This document shows positions 40,455 through 50,927 of a stretch of DNA of 64,000 bases, in pieces. Both the position numbers and the translations under genes were made by a program. Source of the DNA: Candidatus Marinacidobacterales bacterium (lineage in GTDB: Bacteria > Acidobacteriota > Vicinamibacteria > Marinacidobacterales > DATDRI01); the NCBI GenBank assembly GCA_965226495.1, contig OZ245365.1:3648001-3712000 (forward strand), given 5' to 3'. A model generated the notes under the pieces. That model was not told where the DNA came from, ran no database searches, and was given only the letters and a program-made list of their open reading frames with translations. Numbering within the stretch: position 1 is the stretch's first letter; every line of letters starts with the position of its first letter.

Positions 40455-42657
40455 GTGCAACGCAAACCGAAAGCTCAGGAAACTCATTCGGGGCCCTCGG
40501 GTCCGGTTCGTCCCGCCCCGCGGCCTAGACGGGCGCGCGGTCTTCCCGACCGATCGTTTCTTCGCGATCTCTTGTTCGCCTCTTCGATTTTCGCCATCGC
40601 GACCGTGGTTCTCACCTACCCCCTCGCGATTCACCCAACTAGCCTCGGACGTTTCGATAATGGAGATGCCCGACTCAACGCTTGGGCTATGTCGTGGGTC
40701 GCGAACCAACTGATCCACGATCCTCTCAATCTTTTCCAAGCGAACACCTTTTACCCTCTGCCTAACACCCTCGCCTTCTCCGAGCATTTGTTCGTTCCCA
40801 GCGTCATGGCGCTACCCCTACTTCAGGTAACGAACGACCTCGTCCTTTCTTACAACCTGGTTTTCCTATTTGCGATCTTCCTTTCAGCAGTGGGCATGTA
40901 TGTCCTCACCGTGTCGCTTACCGGCAGCCGGTTAGCCGGTATCGTGGCCGGACTACTCTTCTCATTTGCACCGTATCGGTTCAATCGCCTTCCTCATATA
41001 CAGATGCAACTTTACGCCTTTCTCCCACTAGCTCTCGCCTGCCTTCATCGCTTTGTGGAGACCGGCAAACGCAGTTGGGCGTGGTGTATGGTCGGTTTCT
41101 TTTTGCTGCAAGTTCTTTCAGGAACCTACCTCGCAGCGATGGCCACGGTGGCGCTCTCGATCGCGCTGGTCACCCTCGTGCCTACGATGCGAAGAACGCG
41201 ACAGGAGATGTCCTCGCTTGCTCTTGCCCTCGTCGTGGCCGCGTTGTGCATCTACCCTTTTGCTCGTCCCTATTTTTGGGTGAACGACCATCTTGGCATC
41301 GAGTGGGATCTTGCTGGAATTGGCTCCTTATCCGCGACGCCAGAAAGCTACCTGGCTTCATCTGCCCATCTTTATAGGCCGCTCACCGACGTGTTAGTCG
41401 GAGAAGACAGTCGCGATTTTCTATTCCCGGGCCTGACGCTTCCCTTGTTGGGGCTTGTTGGGCTGGGGGTGCTCATCATGCGGCAAGGAAGTTTCTCCCG
41501 CCCCCGGGCGACAGCCCTCTGCTACTTTCTGATAATGGCGGCCGGCGTGTTGTTGTCCTTGGGACCGTTGACACCGGTCTATTCGTTCCTGCACGAGCAC
41601 CTCGTCTTTTTTCGTGGACTTCGGGCGCTCACTCGATTCGCCCTCTTGCCCCTTCTCAGTCTCAGTGTCCTCGCAGGCTTCGCCCTCGCGTGGCTCTTTG
41701 AGGAAGGTGGCCGGTTGCACAATCGACGCTGGGCGGCCGCGGCCATCGCCGCTTTCTTCATCGCCGAATCGACCGCACTGCCTTATTCGCTAGCAAGCAT
41801 CAGCGACGAGCCTCCCGAGGTGTACCTCTGGCTGGTGGAGGAGGGAGAGCCCGGCCCGATCGTGGAGCTGCCGTTTCTTGTCCTAGACACGCGATACATG
41901 TTCTGGGCCAGACATCACGATTTCCGGCCCCATGTTGAACGGAGACAGTGGATTTGTTCCTCCGTCCCATCGTTGGATGAAGAATCTGTTCTTGCGCTTT
42001 CCTTCGCCCGACTCGATCACGTTGCTACGGAAACTTGGCGTGCGCTACGTGATTCTTCATCTGGGAGCCTACCGAGACAGGGCCCTCATCCGTTTGCTCA
42101 ACGGGTTGGAGCGACACCGCGCAGAGCTCTTGAAAATCCGCGACTTCGGACGCGACATGGTGGTCGAGGTGATTCCAGCCAAAACCAACATCTTACCGCC
42201 CCCGCCCGATAAGTTTCTTACCCCCATCCGTCCGCCAACTCGGGTGATCCCCAATCCTGACGAGCCGGTGGTAGAGTTCGAGCTGTCGCTTCCGTCCGTG
42301 CAACGAGTGACAGGAGTTCGCTTGCACTACGGTCGGGTGCCGCTTTCGCCGGTGACTCGCGTCGAGCTTCAACTCCCTGCTGTGGAAGAAGATGTCGGAG
42401 GAGACACTGATCGGTGGGAGGAGGCGTGGGCCAGCCCCGAGGACTGGCCGGCTTTGACAGAATTGATCCAGGGGCTGCTCGCGCACCCCCGCCACGGGTC
42501 GCAAAACGTGAAATTCCGAACGCCGGGCTCGCCTGATTCGCCGACTTCGATGGACGAGTTCGTAACGGACCGTCTGAGGCTGCGGTTAACCGGCTACGAC
42601 GGTCCGCCCGATGTGACGAAGATCGAGATCTTGGGAGGGAACGTCGCGCTGAACTGA
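40455..42657 (+). pseudogene. Polytopic GT-C/YfhO-like membrane protein gene split by a single-base frameshift near 41928-41931
   Basis: ORF 40455-42212 has LAFSEH, FSFAPYR, FRGLRALTRF and many TMs; the expected ..HHDFRP-MLNGDSGF.. motif continues in the frame of ORF 41932-42657. Confidence 0.75.
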
Positions 42658-42846
42658 CCGCGCCACTCGGAGCATGTTGGACGCCAAAATGTCCAGCTGC
42701 TGCTAAAGCTCACTCGTCTCAAATTATCCTCCGATGTACCGATGTCCTGCGGCATCGAAGTGTTCAGGCGACGATCGGGCTGGCTACGGCGTCGAGTCCG
42801 CCAGATTGCCGACGGCATACCCACACCAAACTTACCCCGTTTTCGG

Positions 42847-43836
42847 CTAAGAGGCCGGCGACCCCTGCCGATCCCAGCTGAAGACCGGAAATCGGAGTAC
42901 GGTCCGAAAGCCCATTGATTCGTAGAGCGAGAAGGCCCTCTCATTAGACTCACTCACCATGAGAGAAACGGTGAGGTAACCGGCCCCTGTCAACGCATCG
43001 ATTGCTCGGCCGAGAAGGAGTTTGCCCAAGCCCAGCCCCTGGGCGGCAGGACTGACCGCGACCTGTGCGAGATGGGCATGTCGAGGCGAAATTTCGGTTG
43101 CCACGATGAATCCAGAAAGCATTCTCGACTCCGGACGTTGAGCGACCGACGAGGCCATCGGAATCGGTTTTCCACATCCTTGCAGTTGAAGAATGTTCTC
43201 GAGCAGCGTTCGGCACCCCTCTGGATTCCGGTACAGTTCGTTCATCTCGGCGTCCACTCGTCCGTCATGCGCTTGTTGCATCAACAAAGCGGCTCGCGAC
43301 AGGTACGAAGAGCTCCAAGGCTTGAACTCGAACGGACCGTTGCCGGGACCACTCGAGGCACTCGACATAAGTGCGCGGCGTAAGAACGCTCGACCGTGTT
43401 CTCGAAAGCCTTCCGCCAGAAACACCTCTCGTAGCCAGGGAAGCCCGAAAGGTATGAACTGACTCTCGATGCGCGTGACCGCGCCCTCTGCTTTTACCGA
43501 CGCAATGAGGCTCGCGGCGAGTGGGAGTCCTATGGTGGGAACTCTCGCATCGCGAGCAAGTATGAAACTGCCTAGAACCGCTCGTTTGCCATCTACGATG
43601 TCGTATCCGCAGCCAACCACCTCGTCAGCGATTCGGATGGCTCTCCCGGCCAGCCTCCGCCGCTTCACTGCATCTCGGATGACCGAGAGGGCCGGCGTGG
43701 TATCCCATAGAAGCTCACCGTGCCAGAGCCTTTTCTCCTCCGCCCACAGTTTCTCGACGCGCTCGGGCCGCAGACCGACTAAGTCCACGATCTCAGCTTG
43801 GGAGGTTTCGGTAGTGGTGAGGAAGGGGCCGCTCAT
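42847..43836 (-). CDS. GNAT family N-acetyltransferase (probably tandem GNAT)
   Basis: VAVSPAAQGLGLGKLL acetyl-CoA motif; NERAFSLYESMGF. Confidence 0.82.
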   Translation of the reverse strand: MSGPFLTTTETSQAEIVDLVGLRPERVEKLWAEEKRLWHGELLWDTTPALSVIRDAVKRRRLAGRAIRIADEVVGCGYDIVDGKRAVLGSFILARDARVPTIGLPLAASLIASVKAEGAVTRIESQFIPFGLPWLREVFLAEGFREHGRAFLRRALMSSASSGPGNGPFEFKPWSSSYLSRAALLMQQAHDGRVDAEMNELYRNPEGCRTLLENILQLQGCGKPIPMASSVAQRPESRMLSGFIVATEISPRHAHLAQVAVSPAAQGLGLGKLLLGRAIDALTGAGYLTVSLMVSESNERAFSLYESMGFRTVLRFPVFSWDRQGSPAS

Positions 43837-43971
43837 AACGCGAGAACCTGAGCGATTCTAACAGAGTCTCAGGGGAGGGCGACAAGCCCTCGATTCGAAC
43901 CTTGACACCCTGGCAGAGATCGGCGGCTAACGGAGAGGCACTCGTCGTCTATCGAACCGGCGGCCGGCCGG

Positions 43972-44985
43972 CTAGTGCAGAGAGGCGGTGTGGGTCAGCG
44001 GGAATCCCACCGTATGAACGAACTTGATCTTACCGCCCCTCCGATAAAATAGAATCCCCTCCACGCCAAACCGCCTCCACAGATCGAGCGCACGGTCCGG
44101 CCCGGCGACGAAACCGGCGGTCGATAACGCATCGACCATCATCGCTTGTCCGTCTTTACCGACCACGGTTGCCGACACGGAATCTTTCACCGGCCACCCT
44201 GTCCGAGGATCGATGATGTGCGACAACCAGACGCCGTCCTCTTCGAAGCCTTGCTGGTCGGCCGCCGATGTCGAAACGCACCCTTCCGCGAGCGCGAGCT
44301 CGACGCTGGGATTAGTGCGAATGGAAAACACAGTGATCCTCGATGGATAGCCGAAAAGGGCGACGCTGCTCTCGCCGAGGTCCACGATCGCCCTGCTGAC
44401 CCCCGCCGCCTTGAGCCTGGCGAGCGCTTTGTCCACGGCGTATCCCTTCGCGAGTCCTCCCAGATCGATCTCGACTCCGCCAGTCGCGAGCTCGACGGAA
44501 GGAATGGTCGAGTCGAGCCGGATCTGCCGAACGCCCACTCTCGCACGAGCGTCCGCGAGCTCGGTCGGGGTGGGAACCGAGCCCACACCACGATAAAAGC
44601 CCCAGAGCCTCACGACCGGACCGATCGTGGGATCGAAGGCGCCGCTCGATCGATTCGCGAAGCGAATGGCCTCGCCGAGAACGTCATAGGTCGAATCGGA
44701 AATCCGAAGGGGAGTGTTGGGGGGTTGCCGGTTCAGCCGACAGAGCTCACTGTCCTCGCGGTAGAGGCTCATGAGTCGGTCGACCGATTCTAACTCTCGG
44801 TAGGCGCGGGCGATGGCTTCATCCAACACCGCCTCCTCGAGCCCGCAAGCCTCGATGCGCGCAACAGTGCCCATCACGTAGAAAGCCTGCTCACGGCATT
44901 GCGGCGGGTCGAGAGGTGGGCCGAGCGCCGGGTTGACCGCGATCGCCCCGACCAGGGCAAACCAAGGAACCATCGCGAGCAGCAC
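43972..44985 (-). CDS. apbE: FAD:protein FMN transferase
   Basis: MGT, SELCRLN, GAFDPTIGP, IDLGGLAKGY, HIIDPRTG, DALSTA. Confidence 0.92.
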   Translation of the reverse strand: MLLAMVPWFALVGAIAVNPALGPPLDPPQCREQAFYVMGTVARIEACGLEEAVLDEAIARAYRELESVDRLMSLYREDSELCRLNRQPPNTPLRISDSTYDVLGEAIRFANRSSGAFDPTIGPVVRLWGFYRGVGSVPTPTELADARARVGVRQIRLDSTIPSVELATGGVEIDLGGLAKGYAVDKALARLKAAGVSRAIVDLGESSVALFGYPSRITVFSIRTNPSVELALAEGCVSTSAADQQGFEEDGVWLSHIIDPRTGWPVKDSVSATVVGKDGQAMMVDALSTAGFVAGPDRALDLWRRFGVEGILFYRRGGKIKFVHTVGFPLTHTASLH

Positions 44986-45000
44986 GCCTACCGCTCCGAG

Positions 45001-45585
45001 CTAATGGGAAGACTCTTTCGATCCGACCGAAACGAGCCGCTCCTCCTCGTCGGCTGGTTTCGACACCAAAATCTCACGAACCATCCCACGACCATTGTGG
45101 CCGTTAAAGGATGAGCCGCCCCAAAGAGTCCAGGCGACGACGCCGAGGAGAATGCCGAGCAGCGCCTCGAGAGCAAAGAAACCCCCAATCTTGATCGGAG
45201 CCAGCGAGGGACTGACGAATCGCACCAACCACCCCCCCGACTCCGAAGCGACCGCTGCACCAAAGGTCGCCCAAACGAAAAAGAGCTTCAGCCCTTTTCC
45301 AAAGGGTGAAAAGATCACGAGGTGTGTCAAGAGCAGCAGCACCATCGCCATCATGGCCAGATGAGCGTGCGTGACTTCGAGCATGGACCCCACCGTTCGT
45401 GGCGGCAGGAACTCCTCTTCCGAGCCGTTGTAGTAGGTCACAACCGACTCCGGACTCAGTCCCATCTTCGACAGGTAAAGAACCAGGTTGGTGACCCAAA
45501 AGCCGAGAAGCAGTAGCAACGTCAGACTGATGGTCAATCGCATCAAAGGATGATTTTGGAAACCACCGGATTCCATGTATTTCAC
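45001..45585 (-). CDS. Four-TM membrane protein with an intramembrane His motif
   Basis: Four hydrophobic helices; helix 2 EVTHAHLAMMAMVLLLLTHL; GTGA overlap with the upstream gene. Confidence 0.75.
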   Translation of the reverse strand: MKYMESGGFQNHPLMRLTISLTLLLLLGFWVTNLVLYLSKMGLSPESVVTYYNGSEEEFLPPRTVGSMLEVTHAHLAMMAMVLLLLTHLVIFSPFGKGLKLFFVWATFGAAVASESGGWLVRFVSPSLAPIKIGGFFALEALLGILLGVVAWTLWGGSSFNGHNGRGMVREILVSKPADEEERLVSVGSKESSH

Positions 45586-46148
45586 GACTCGCCCTCTCCA
45601 CTAAGGACCGTGTACAAGGCCAGAGCACGCCGGACGCTTGCCGCCAAAACCCTCACGGTGAGCGTGGCCCCGGTGACTCGTACCAGATCGCGCCCCACTA
45701 TCATGTCCTCGGACAATTCCTGGTTGTTCATTCGATCCAGCCAACTCTGCCTTACCTTGTAATCTTCCGGCTCGTAAAACGCGAGAATCTCCACTCGACG
45801 CACCGTACCGTTTGGCTTCACCAGCACCAGGACCGTCTCCGTGGTGGTGCGGACGACGTGGGTTTCGAAGAACGCGGCTCCCGCCGGTCGCCCCTCATCA
45901 TCGAGCCCCAGGTAGTAGTGGATGATCTTGGAATCGAGCCGCGCGTGGGCTAGCCCCTCGATTTCCTTCGCCTGCTCGTCGGTGAGAAACGCGGACTTTC
46001 GTTCGATACCTCCACCCGGAAACGCCTCCGCCAGTGCCTGCTTCTGAGTCTTGTAGAGCCCAGCTTGGAGCGCGGCGGGAACAATGGCAACCATCGCCGC
46101 CAATCCCCAGACGAGACGCGCCCCACCAGCAAATCGTTGCAATGGCAT
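45582..46148 (-). CDS. Periplasmic FMN-binding (flavinylated) protein
   Basis: Signal peptide ending ALQA; VEILAFYEP; VTGATLT matching the [S/T]GA[S/T] ApbE target motif. Confidence 0.85.
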   Translation of the reverse strand: MPLQRFAGGARLVWGLAAMVAIVPAALQAGLYKTQKQALAEAFPGGGIERKSAFLTDEQAKEIEGLAHARLDSKIIHYYLGLDDEGRPAGAAFFETHVVRTTTETVLVLVKPNGTVRRVEILAFYEPEDYKVRQSWLDRMNNQELSEDMIVGRDLVRVTGATLTVRVLAASVRRALALYTVLSGEGES

Positions 46149-46154
46149 CTAATC

Positions 46155-47516
46155 CTAGAACTGATAACCGAGTCCGAAATTCCACTGATTGACCCCGGTC
46201 CCGGCTCGATTGCGAAAATTCTGGAAGTCGAACTTCATCGCCACGCTATAGATCGGTTTCACCTCAAAACCCAGGGTGGTAACGGAACGGTCGTTGGCGG
46301 GGTTCCTTAGAAACCCGGCCGGCACTTCCGCTTGTGTGTCGTAGTCCTCGTAACGAATAAATGGAGTGATAGCCCAACTCCACCCCGCCGTTCCAAGCCC
46401 CGCGAACTCGTACGCTCCCTCCACATACCACCCCTGTAGCTCCGATCCTATCGACGAACTACCGCTTAGACCAAGGCTCTCGTTGATGAGTCCGGCGTCA
46501 CCGATCGTTCCCATGACATAGAGGGCTCGTAGCTGCAGTCCCCGATAGTTGTACTGGCCGTGGACATCGAACAGACTGACCAGCCCTCCGATCGAGTCTC
46601 GAGTCGGCAAGGTCTCCCCTTGTCCGGAGTCACCGACGAAAAAGCTGCCGCCGACTAGAAATCCGGGATACCCGGTTAGATCCAAGCGGCCAGTCCATCC
46701 GAAGTCCTGCGCGACGGATTCCGAGCCGTTTTGTCGACCGCCCCGTAGTGCAGAGCTGGCAGAGAATCCGGAGCTCTGCAAACCGGCGACGACGTAGGAG
46801 CGGTAGGTGAACGGGCCGAGGTCGCCGAACACGCCACCGCCGTTCTCGCGCCAGGTCGTCGGAATGATGACCCTCTCTACCTGAGGGCGAGCGACCCCGT
46901 AGAATACAGTCGGCTCGTGGAGCTCGTTGAGAAAGCCCACCGGGATCAAGACCATGCCGCCGCGAAAATTGATCTCCGGACGATAAAGGAAGTCCACGTA
47001 AGCAAACTCCACCGAGACGGACCCCGACTTATCGGTCGAGGCGTGCTCGAACTCGATCTCCGAGTTGAAGAGGAAACGATCGTTCCACTTGTATCCTAAG
47101 TAAAGGATCGCCCTGAGGAAATCGAATCGGTTCAATGCTTGAGAAGCCGATCCGTCATCGCGTTCCGCAGCCGGATTCTGAAAGGCCGCCTCACCGTAAC
47201 CACCGATGGCAGCGCCTCGCCCCACTCCGTATATCTTGGATGCGGATGGCGCCAATCCATATTGAGCCGTTCGGGGTTCCGTTTTTTCTTCCGCCGCTTC
47301 TCCCAACTTCAACTTTTCGATCTCTTCGCTGAGCAGTTGGATCTGCCGCTCCAGCTCTGCGAGGCGCTCCTCTTGAGAGGGCGGCACCTTCTTTTCACTT
47401 TCTTCCTTCTCGCCCGTCTCGGCCCTAGCTGCGGGTGCCAAGGGAAGCAGGACTAGCAAGGCCAACGTCAAAACGACCCCGCCAACTTCCGTAATCGTCC
47501 CCCTCCGTGTTCTCAT
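46155..47516 (-). CDS. Outer-membrane porin (OprO/OprP-like beta-barrel) with N-terminal coiled coil
   Basis: Signal peptide (ARA), coiled coil LAELERQIQLLSEEIEKLK, SEIEFEH/VEFAYVDF/HEPTVF motifs, C-terminal GYQF. Confidence 0.8.
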   Translation of the reverse strand: MRTRRGTITEVGGVVLTLALLVLLPLAPAARAETGEKEESEKKVPPSQEERLAELERQIQLLSEEIEKLKLGEAAEEKTEPRTAQYGLAPSASKIYGVGRGAAIGGYGEAAFQNPAAERDDGSASQALNRFDFLRAILYLGYKWNDRFLFNSEIEFEHASTDKSGSVSVEFAYVDFLYRPEINFRGGMVLIPVGFLNELHEPTVFYGVARPQVERVIIPTTWRENGGGVFGDLGPFTYRSYVVAGLQSSGFSASSALRGGRQNGSESVAQDFGWTGRLDLTGYPGFLVGGSFFVGDSGQGETLPTRDSIGGLVSLFDVHGQYNYRGLQLRALYVMGTIGDAGLINESLGLSGSSSIGSELQGWYVEGAYEFAGLGTAGWSWAITPFIRYEDYDTQAEVPAGFLRNPANDRSVTTLGFEVKPIYSVAMKFDFQNFRNRAGTGVNQWNFGLGYQF

Positions 47517-47556
47517 CGGTCTCCCTTCCAACAAGTTTGGTGCCGGCTTTAGCGAA

Positions 47557-47575
47557 ATTGGAATTCATTTTCATT
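47557..47575 (-). promoter_or_regulatory. Fur-box-like operator upstream of the porin
   Basis: Minus strand AATGAAAATGAATTCCAAT, an AT-rich 7-1-7-like site in GC-rich context. Confidence 0.65.
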
Positions 47576-47625
47576 GTCTCGACACCCCCAATCCTCCCCA
47601 CTCTGAAACACGTTTCTTGAGAAAC

Positions 47626-48141
47626 TCAGTGGGGGGCCGCGTTTTTCACGCCGGGCTTCGTCTTATGGGTGCCCTTTTTCGTCGATCGTCGCTGGTGGCA
47701 CTTTTGGCAAACACCGAATATCTGATGCCGATGCGAGTCGATGGTGAACCCGTAGGCCTCTGCAATTTCGTCCTGCAGGTTCTCGATCTCCGGGCTCACG
47801 AACTCGATGATCGTGCCGCACTCGATGCAGATCATGTGATCGTGATGTGAATGTTTGTAATGATGTTCGAAACGAGTCAACCCGTCTCGGAGCTCGATCG
47901 ATTCCGCTAACTGCGCGTCACACAGAAGCTTGAGCGTTCGATAGATAGTGGTGCGACCGATCTCGCGGTGCTTCCGGTGGATGACTCGATAGAGATCGTC
48001 CACCGTCATGTGCCCTCCGGTCTCGAGGAAGTATTGGAGGATCACTTCCCGCTGGCGGGAGTGCTTCAGTCCATTCTGCGCGAGATGCTCCTCGAAGACA
48101 CGGAACTCTTCCCGGACATGGGAAGACTTACTTGGTGCCAT
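47626..48141 (-). CDS. fur: Fur family transcriptional repressor
   Basis: SRQREVIL, HMTVDDLY, TTIYRTL, HHDHMICIECG, GVCQKC. Confidence 0.9.
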   Translation of the reverse strand: MAPSKSSHVREEFRVFEEHLAQNGLKHSRQREVILQYFLETGGHMTVDDLYRVIHRKHREIGRTTIYRTLKLLCDAQLAESIELRDGLTRFEHHYKHSHHDHMICIECGTIIEFVSPEIENLQDEIAEAYGFTIDSHRHQIFGVCQKCHQRRSTKKGTHKTKPGVKNAAPH

Positions 48142-48853
48142 CCGAGTCGCCTCCTCCCTGGCCTTCCCGAAGCACGTAAATGTCTTCCGCCAACGCCTCT
48201 TCGATCGCCAGTTGAGACTCGTCGCATTCCAAAACGAACGCCGGTGACCGCTGGTGCAGTTTCACTTTGACTCCGGGCGTGAAGCCGAAAGAAGAGAGCT
48301 TGTGCAGTCTCGAGTAGTTCTTGGTATTCACATAGGCTACGCGAGCCGTTTCGCCGGTGTGCATCTGGTTGGCGCTCACCACCACCGCCTCGATGCTGCG
48401 CCTTGCATCTTGACAGCATCGACCCTCGGGGATGGGCCGACCATGGGGGCACTGCCGTGGATGGCCGAGCAACGTGCAGATACTTTCCGTAATGCCAGGG
48501 GCAACGAGATGCTCGAACTCGCAAGCGTTGACCTCCACCTCGGGCATCGGCATGCGCAAGATGTCGTTCACCAGGCGTTCGGCGAGTCGATGGCGTCGAA
48601 TGATGGCGCGGGCCCTTTCCCGACCGGCGTCTGTGAAAACCAGCGAGCCGTCCTTTCGTTCTTCGATCAGAGCCCGAGTCTTGAGGTCTTCGATGAGCGT
48701 CTCGGTTAACGCGACGTCAGCGACACAGGCCAAATCCTCCCGCCGGGTTCCGCCTCGCTCGTCGGCCGTCCAAAGCGCTTCCAGAACCTCCTCGAGTGCC
48801 CTTGGCGCTGGCTGCATAGAGCGATTCGTCCCGATCGAGGTCGTGTCGTTCAT
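48128..48853 (-). CDS. DtxR/MntR-family metal-dependent regulator fused to a FeoA domain
   Basis: RRHRLAERL, ACEFEH, CPHGRPIP; C-terminal KLSSFGFTPGVKV (FeoA/SH3-like). Confidence 0.87.
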   Translation of the reverse strand: MNDTTSIGTNRSMQPAPRALEEVLEALWTADERGGTRREDLACVADVALTETLIEDLKTRALIEERKDGSLVFTDAGRERARAIIRRHRLAERLVNDILRMPMPEVEVNACEFEHLVAPGITESICTLLGHPRQCPHGRPIPEGRCCQDARRSIEAVVVSANQMHTGETARVAYVNTKNYSRLHKLSSFGFTPGVKVKLHQRSPAFVLECDESQLAIEEALAEDIYVLREGQGGGDSDGTK

Positions 48854-50910
48854 AGCGGCAAACCTGTCCAGCGCAAGAAGAAGTTCACCCCAGTACCCAC
48901 CGCGATAGCGTAGGGAATGATGAAGCCCACCATGAGCGCCGCCTTGCGAAAGTCGAGCTCCTTGATCATGACCAGGAAGTTCGCAACACAGGGGACGAAC
49001 AACGTCATAGTGACCAGAGAGACGATGATCTGTGTGTCATCCATCAAGCCTTGACGGGCCAGATCGAATAAGCCTGCCGCACCGTAGTCGCGGCGGAGGA
49101 ATCCCATCACGAACGCCTCCCCGGCCTTGGCCGGCAAACCCAACAAGCCCACCACCACGGGCTCCGCGGCCCGCACGATAAACGGCAGGATGGAGAGACG
49201 GTCCAAAACAAATAGCACCACGGTTCCCAGAACGAATAGCGGCACCGCCTCCCTAAGGAACCATCGGACGCGGGACCATGTTTTTCGAGCCAGGTTCCCC
49301 CACACCGGAAGTCGCATCGGAGGCAGCTCCACGATGAAGTCCGAACGGCTGCCGGGTAGGATCTTGTCGGCGATCCACCCCACCAACAGTAGCTGCGACA
49401 ACAAAATGCCGAAAAGAAAAAGTAGCGCGCCGAAGGAGACCCACGCGAGCATACCCAAGACCACGCCGAGCTGGGCAGCGCAGGGCACCGCGAGGGCGAG
49501 AAGCAAGGTAGCGAGAACGCGCTCCTTACGAGTAGACAGAATCCTCGTCGCAAGGGTAGCCATGGTGACGCAGCCGAGCCCGAGCACCATCGGTAGCACC
49601 GCTTTGCCATTCAGGCCCATAAAGCGAAACATGCGATCGGCGAGCACCGACAGCCGAGGTAGGTAGCCGCTGTCTTCGAGAAATCCGAACGCCATAAAAA
49701 AAGTCGTAACCACAGGCAAAACGATCGCCACCGAGTAAGTGACGCCCATCGATATCGCACCGTACGGCCCCACCAAGAGATCATGAATAAAGGGAATCGG
49801 AAGGAACCGGTCGATTAGCCAAGTGACTCCCGGTACTAGGTAGGTGCCGAAGACGGTCTCCTCGAGAAAATCCACCGCCGTACCGGCCCCGAAGGCTCCC
49901 ACGAAGTAGTACATGAAGAGCAAGGCGCCGATGAGGATCGGAAAACCAGTCAGCGGTTCTCGACACCAGCGGCCAAGCCGGTCGGCGAAGGCGGAGACTT
50001 CTCCGCCTGTCACCTTCCGCAAGGTGCCGACGGTGGAGTCGATCCATTGGCTCCGCTCTTGAACGATAGCCGCGGCGGCAGGACGGCCGTGTCGCTGCTG
50101 ATAAAGTTCTAGGGAATTACCAATGGCGCGAACCCGCGCGTCGCCGGTGAGTTTGGGGAGACTACCTTTGACTCCCTCGTCTCGAGACCATAGCCACTCT
50201 GCAAAGAGCCCCATGGGTAGGTGGCGGTCCCCGTCGCTACCAGCCGGGACGGACTCTTCGAGCTCGGCGATCATCGCAGCCAACTGCGGTGAGGGGTTGC
50301 GTGGAACCGCGGGTCTCGCGAGCGCCCTTTCCAAATCACCGATTCCGTGTCCTTCGGTCGCCACCGTCTCGACCACCGGGATGCCGAAGAGTCCACCGAG
50401 CGCGGGGAGGTCTACTTCGATGCCACGCTTCCTCGACTCGTCCGCCATATTGAGATCCAGGACAGTGGGAAGACCGAGCTCTACAATTTGCATCAATAAG
50501 AGAAGGGTCCGGCGAATGTTCTTTGCGTCGGCCACGACCAAGACGATGTCGGGACGCTCGGCGAGCAGAATGTCTCGAGTCACGCGCTCGTCCTCCGACT
50601 GCGGGACCAGAGAGTTCACCCCCGGCGTGTCGACGATTTCATAGCCCTTGCCGCCGACCTCGGCGGTACCACGGGCAAGTGCCACAGTGGTCCCGGGGTA
50701 ATTGGAAACGTAGACGTATTGACCGGTAAGACGGTTGAAGATGACGCTCTTGCCGACGTTGGGATTACCGACCAACGCGATTCTGGCTGTGGTTGGTGGA
50801 CTTCCTTCGAGGCGGGCCCCTGTGGCGCCAGTAGCGTTGGTAGCCTTGGTAGCCTTGGTAGCTGGTTCGGAAAGGGCCGTGGTGTGGATGCCGCTAGGCT
50901 CGGGTGGCAT
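48850..50910 (-). CDS. feoB: Ferrous iron transporter B
   Basis: GNPNVGKS, SNYPGTTV, DTPG, NMAD, LEDSGYLPR, GLGC, FIVELPP, LFVPC. Confidence 0.96.
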   Translation of the reverse strand: MPPEPSGIHTTALSEPATKATKATNATGATGARLEGSPPTTARIALVGNPNVGKSVIFNRLTGQYVYVSNYPGTTVALARGTAEVGGKGYEIVDTPGVNSLVPQSEDERVTRDILLAERPDIVLVVADAKNIRRTLLLLMQIVELGLPTVLDLNMADESRKRGIEVDLPALGGLFGIPVVETVATEGHGIGDLERALARPAVPRNPSPQLAAMIAELEESVPAGSDGDRHLPMGLFAEWLWSRDEGVKGSLPKLTGDARVRAIGNSLELYQQRHGRPAAAAIVQERSQWIDSTVGTLRKVTGGEVSAFADRLGRWCREPLTGFPILIGALLFMYYFVGAFGAGTAVDFLEETVFGTYLVPGVTWLIDRFLPIPFIHDLLVGPYGAISMGVTYSVAIVLPVVTTFFMAFGFLEDSGYLPRLSVLADRMFRFMGLNGKAVLPMVLGLGCVTMATLATRILSTRKERVLATLLLALAVPCAAQLGVVLGMLAWVSFGALLFLFGILLSQLLLVGWIADKILPGSRSDFIVELPPMRLPVWGNLARKTWSRVRWFLREAVPLFVLGTVVLFVLDRLSILPFIVRAAEPVVVGLLGLPAKAGEAFVMGFLRRDYGAAGLFDLARQGLMDDTQIIVSLVTMTLFVPCVANFLVMIKELDFRKAALMVGFIIPYAIAVGTGVNFFLRWTGLPL

Positions 50911-50927
50911 TTCGGTGTCCGTCTCGG

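Noticed and set aside
43896-43925. Second ECF promoter or tRNA fragment (GATTCGAACCTTGAC)
   Set aside because: Shares GAACCTTGAC with 8781 but lacks CGT at the right spacing, points antisense to apbE, and forms no cloverleaf.
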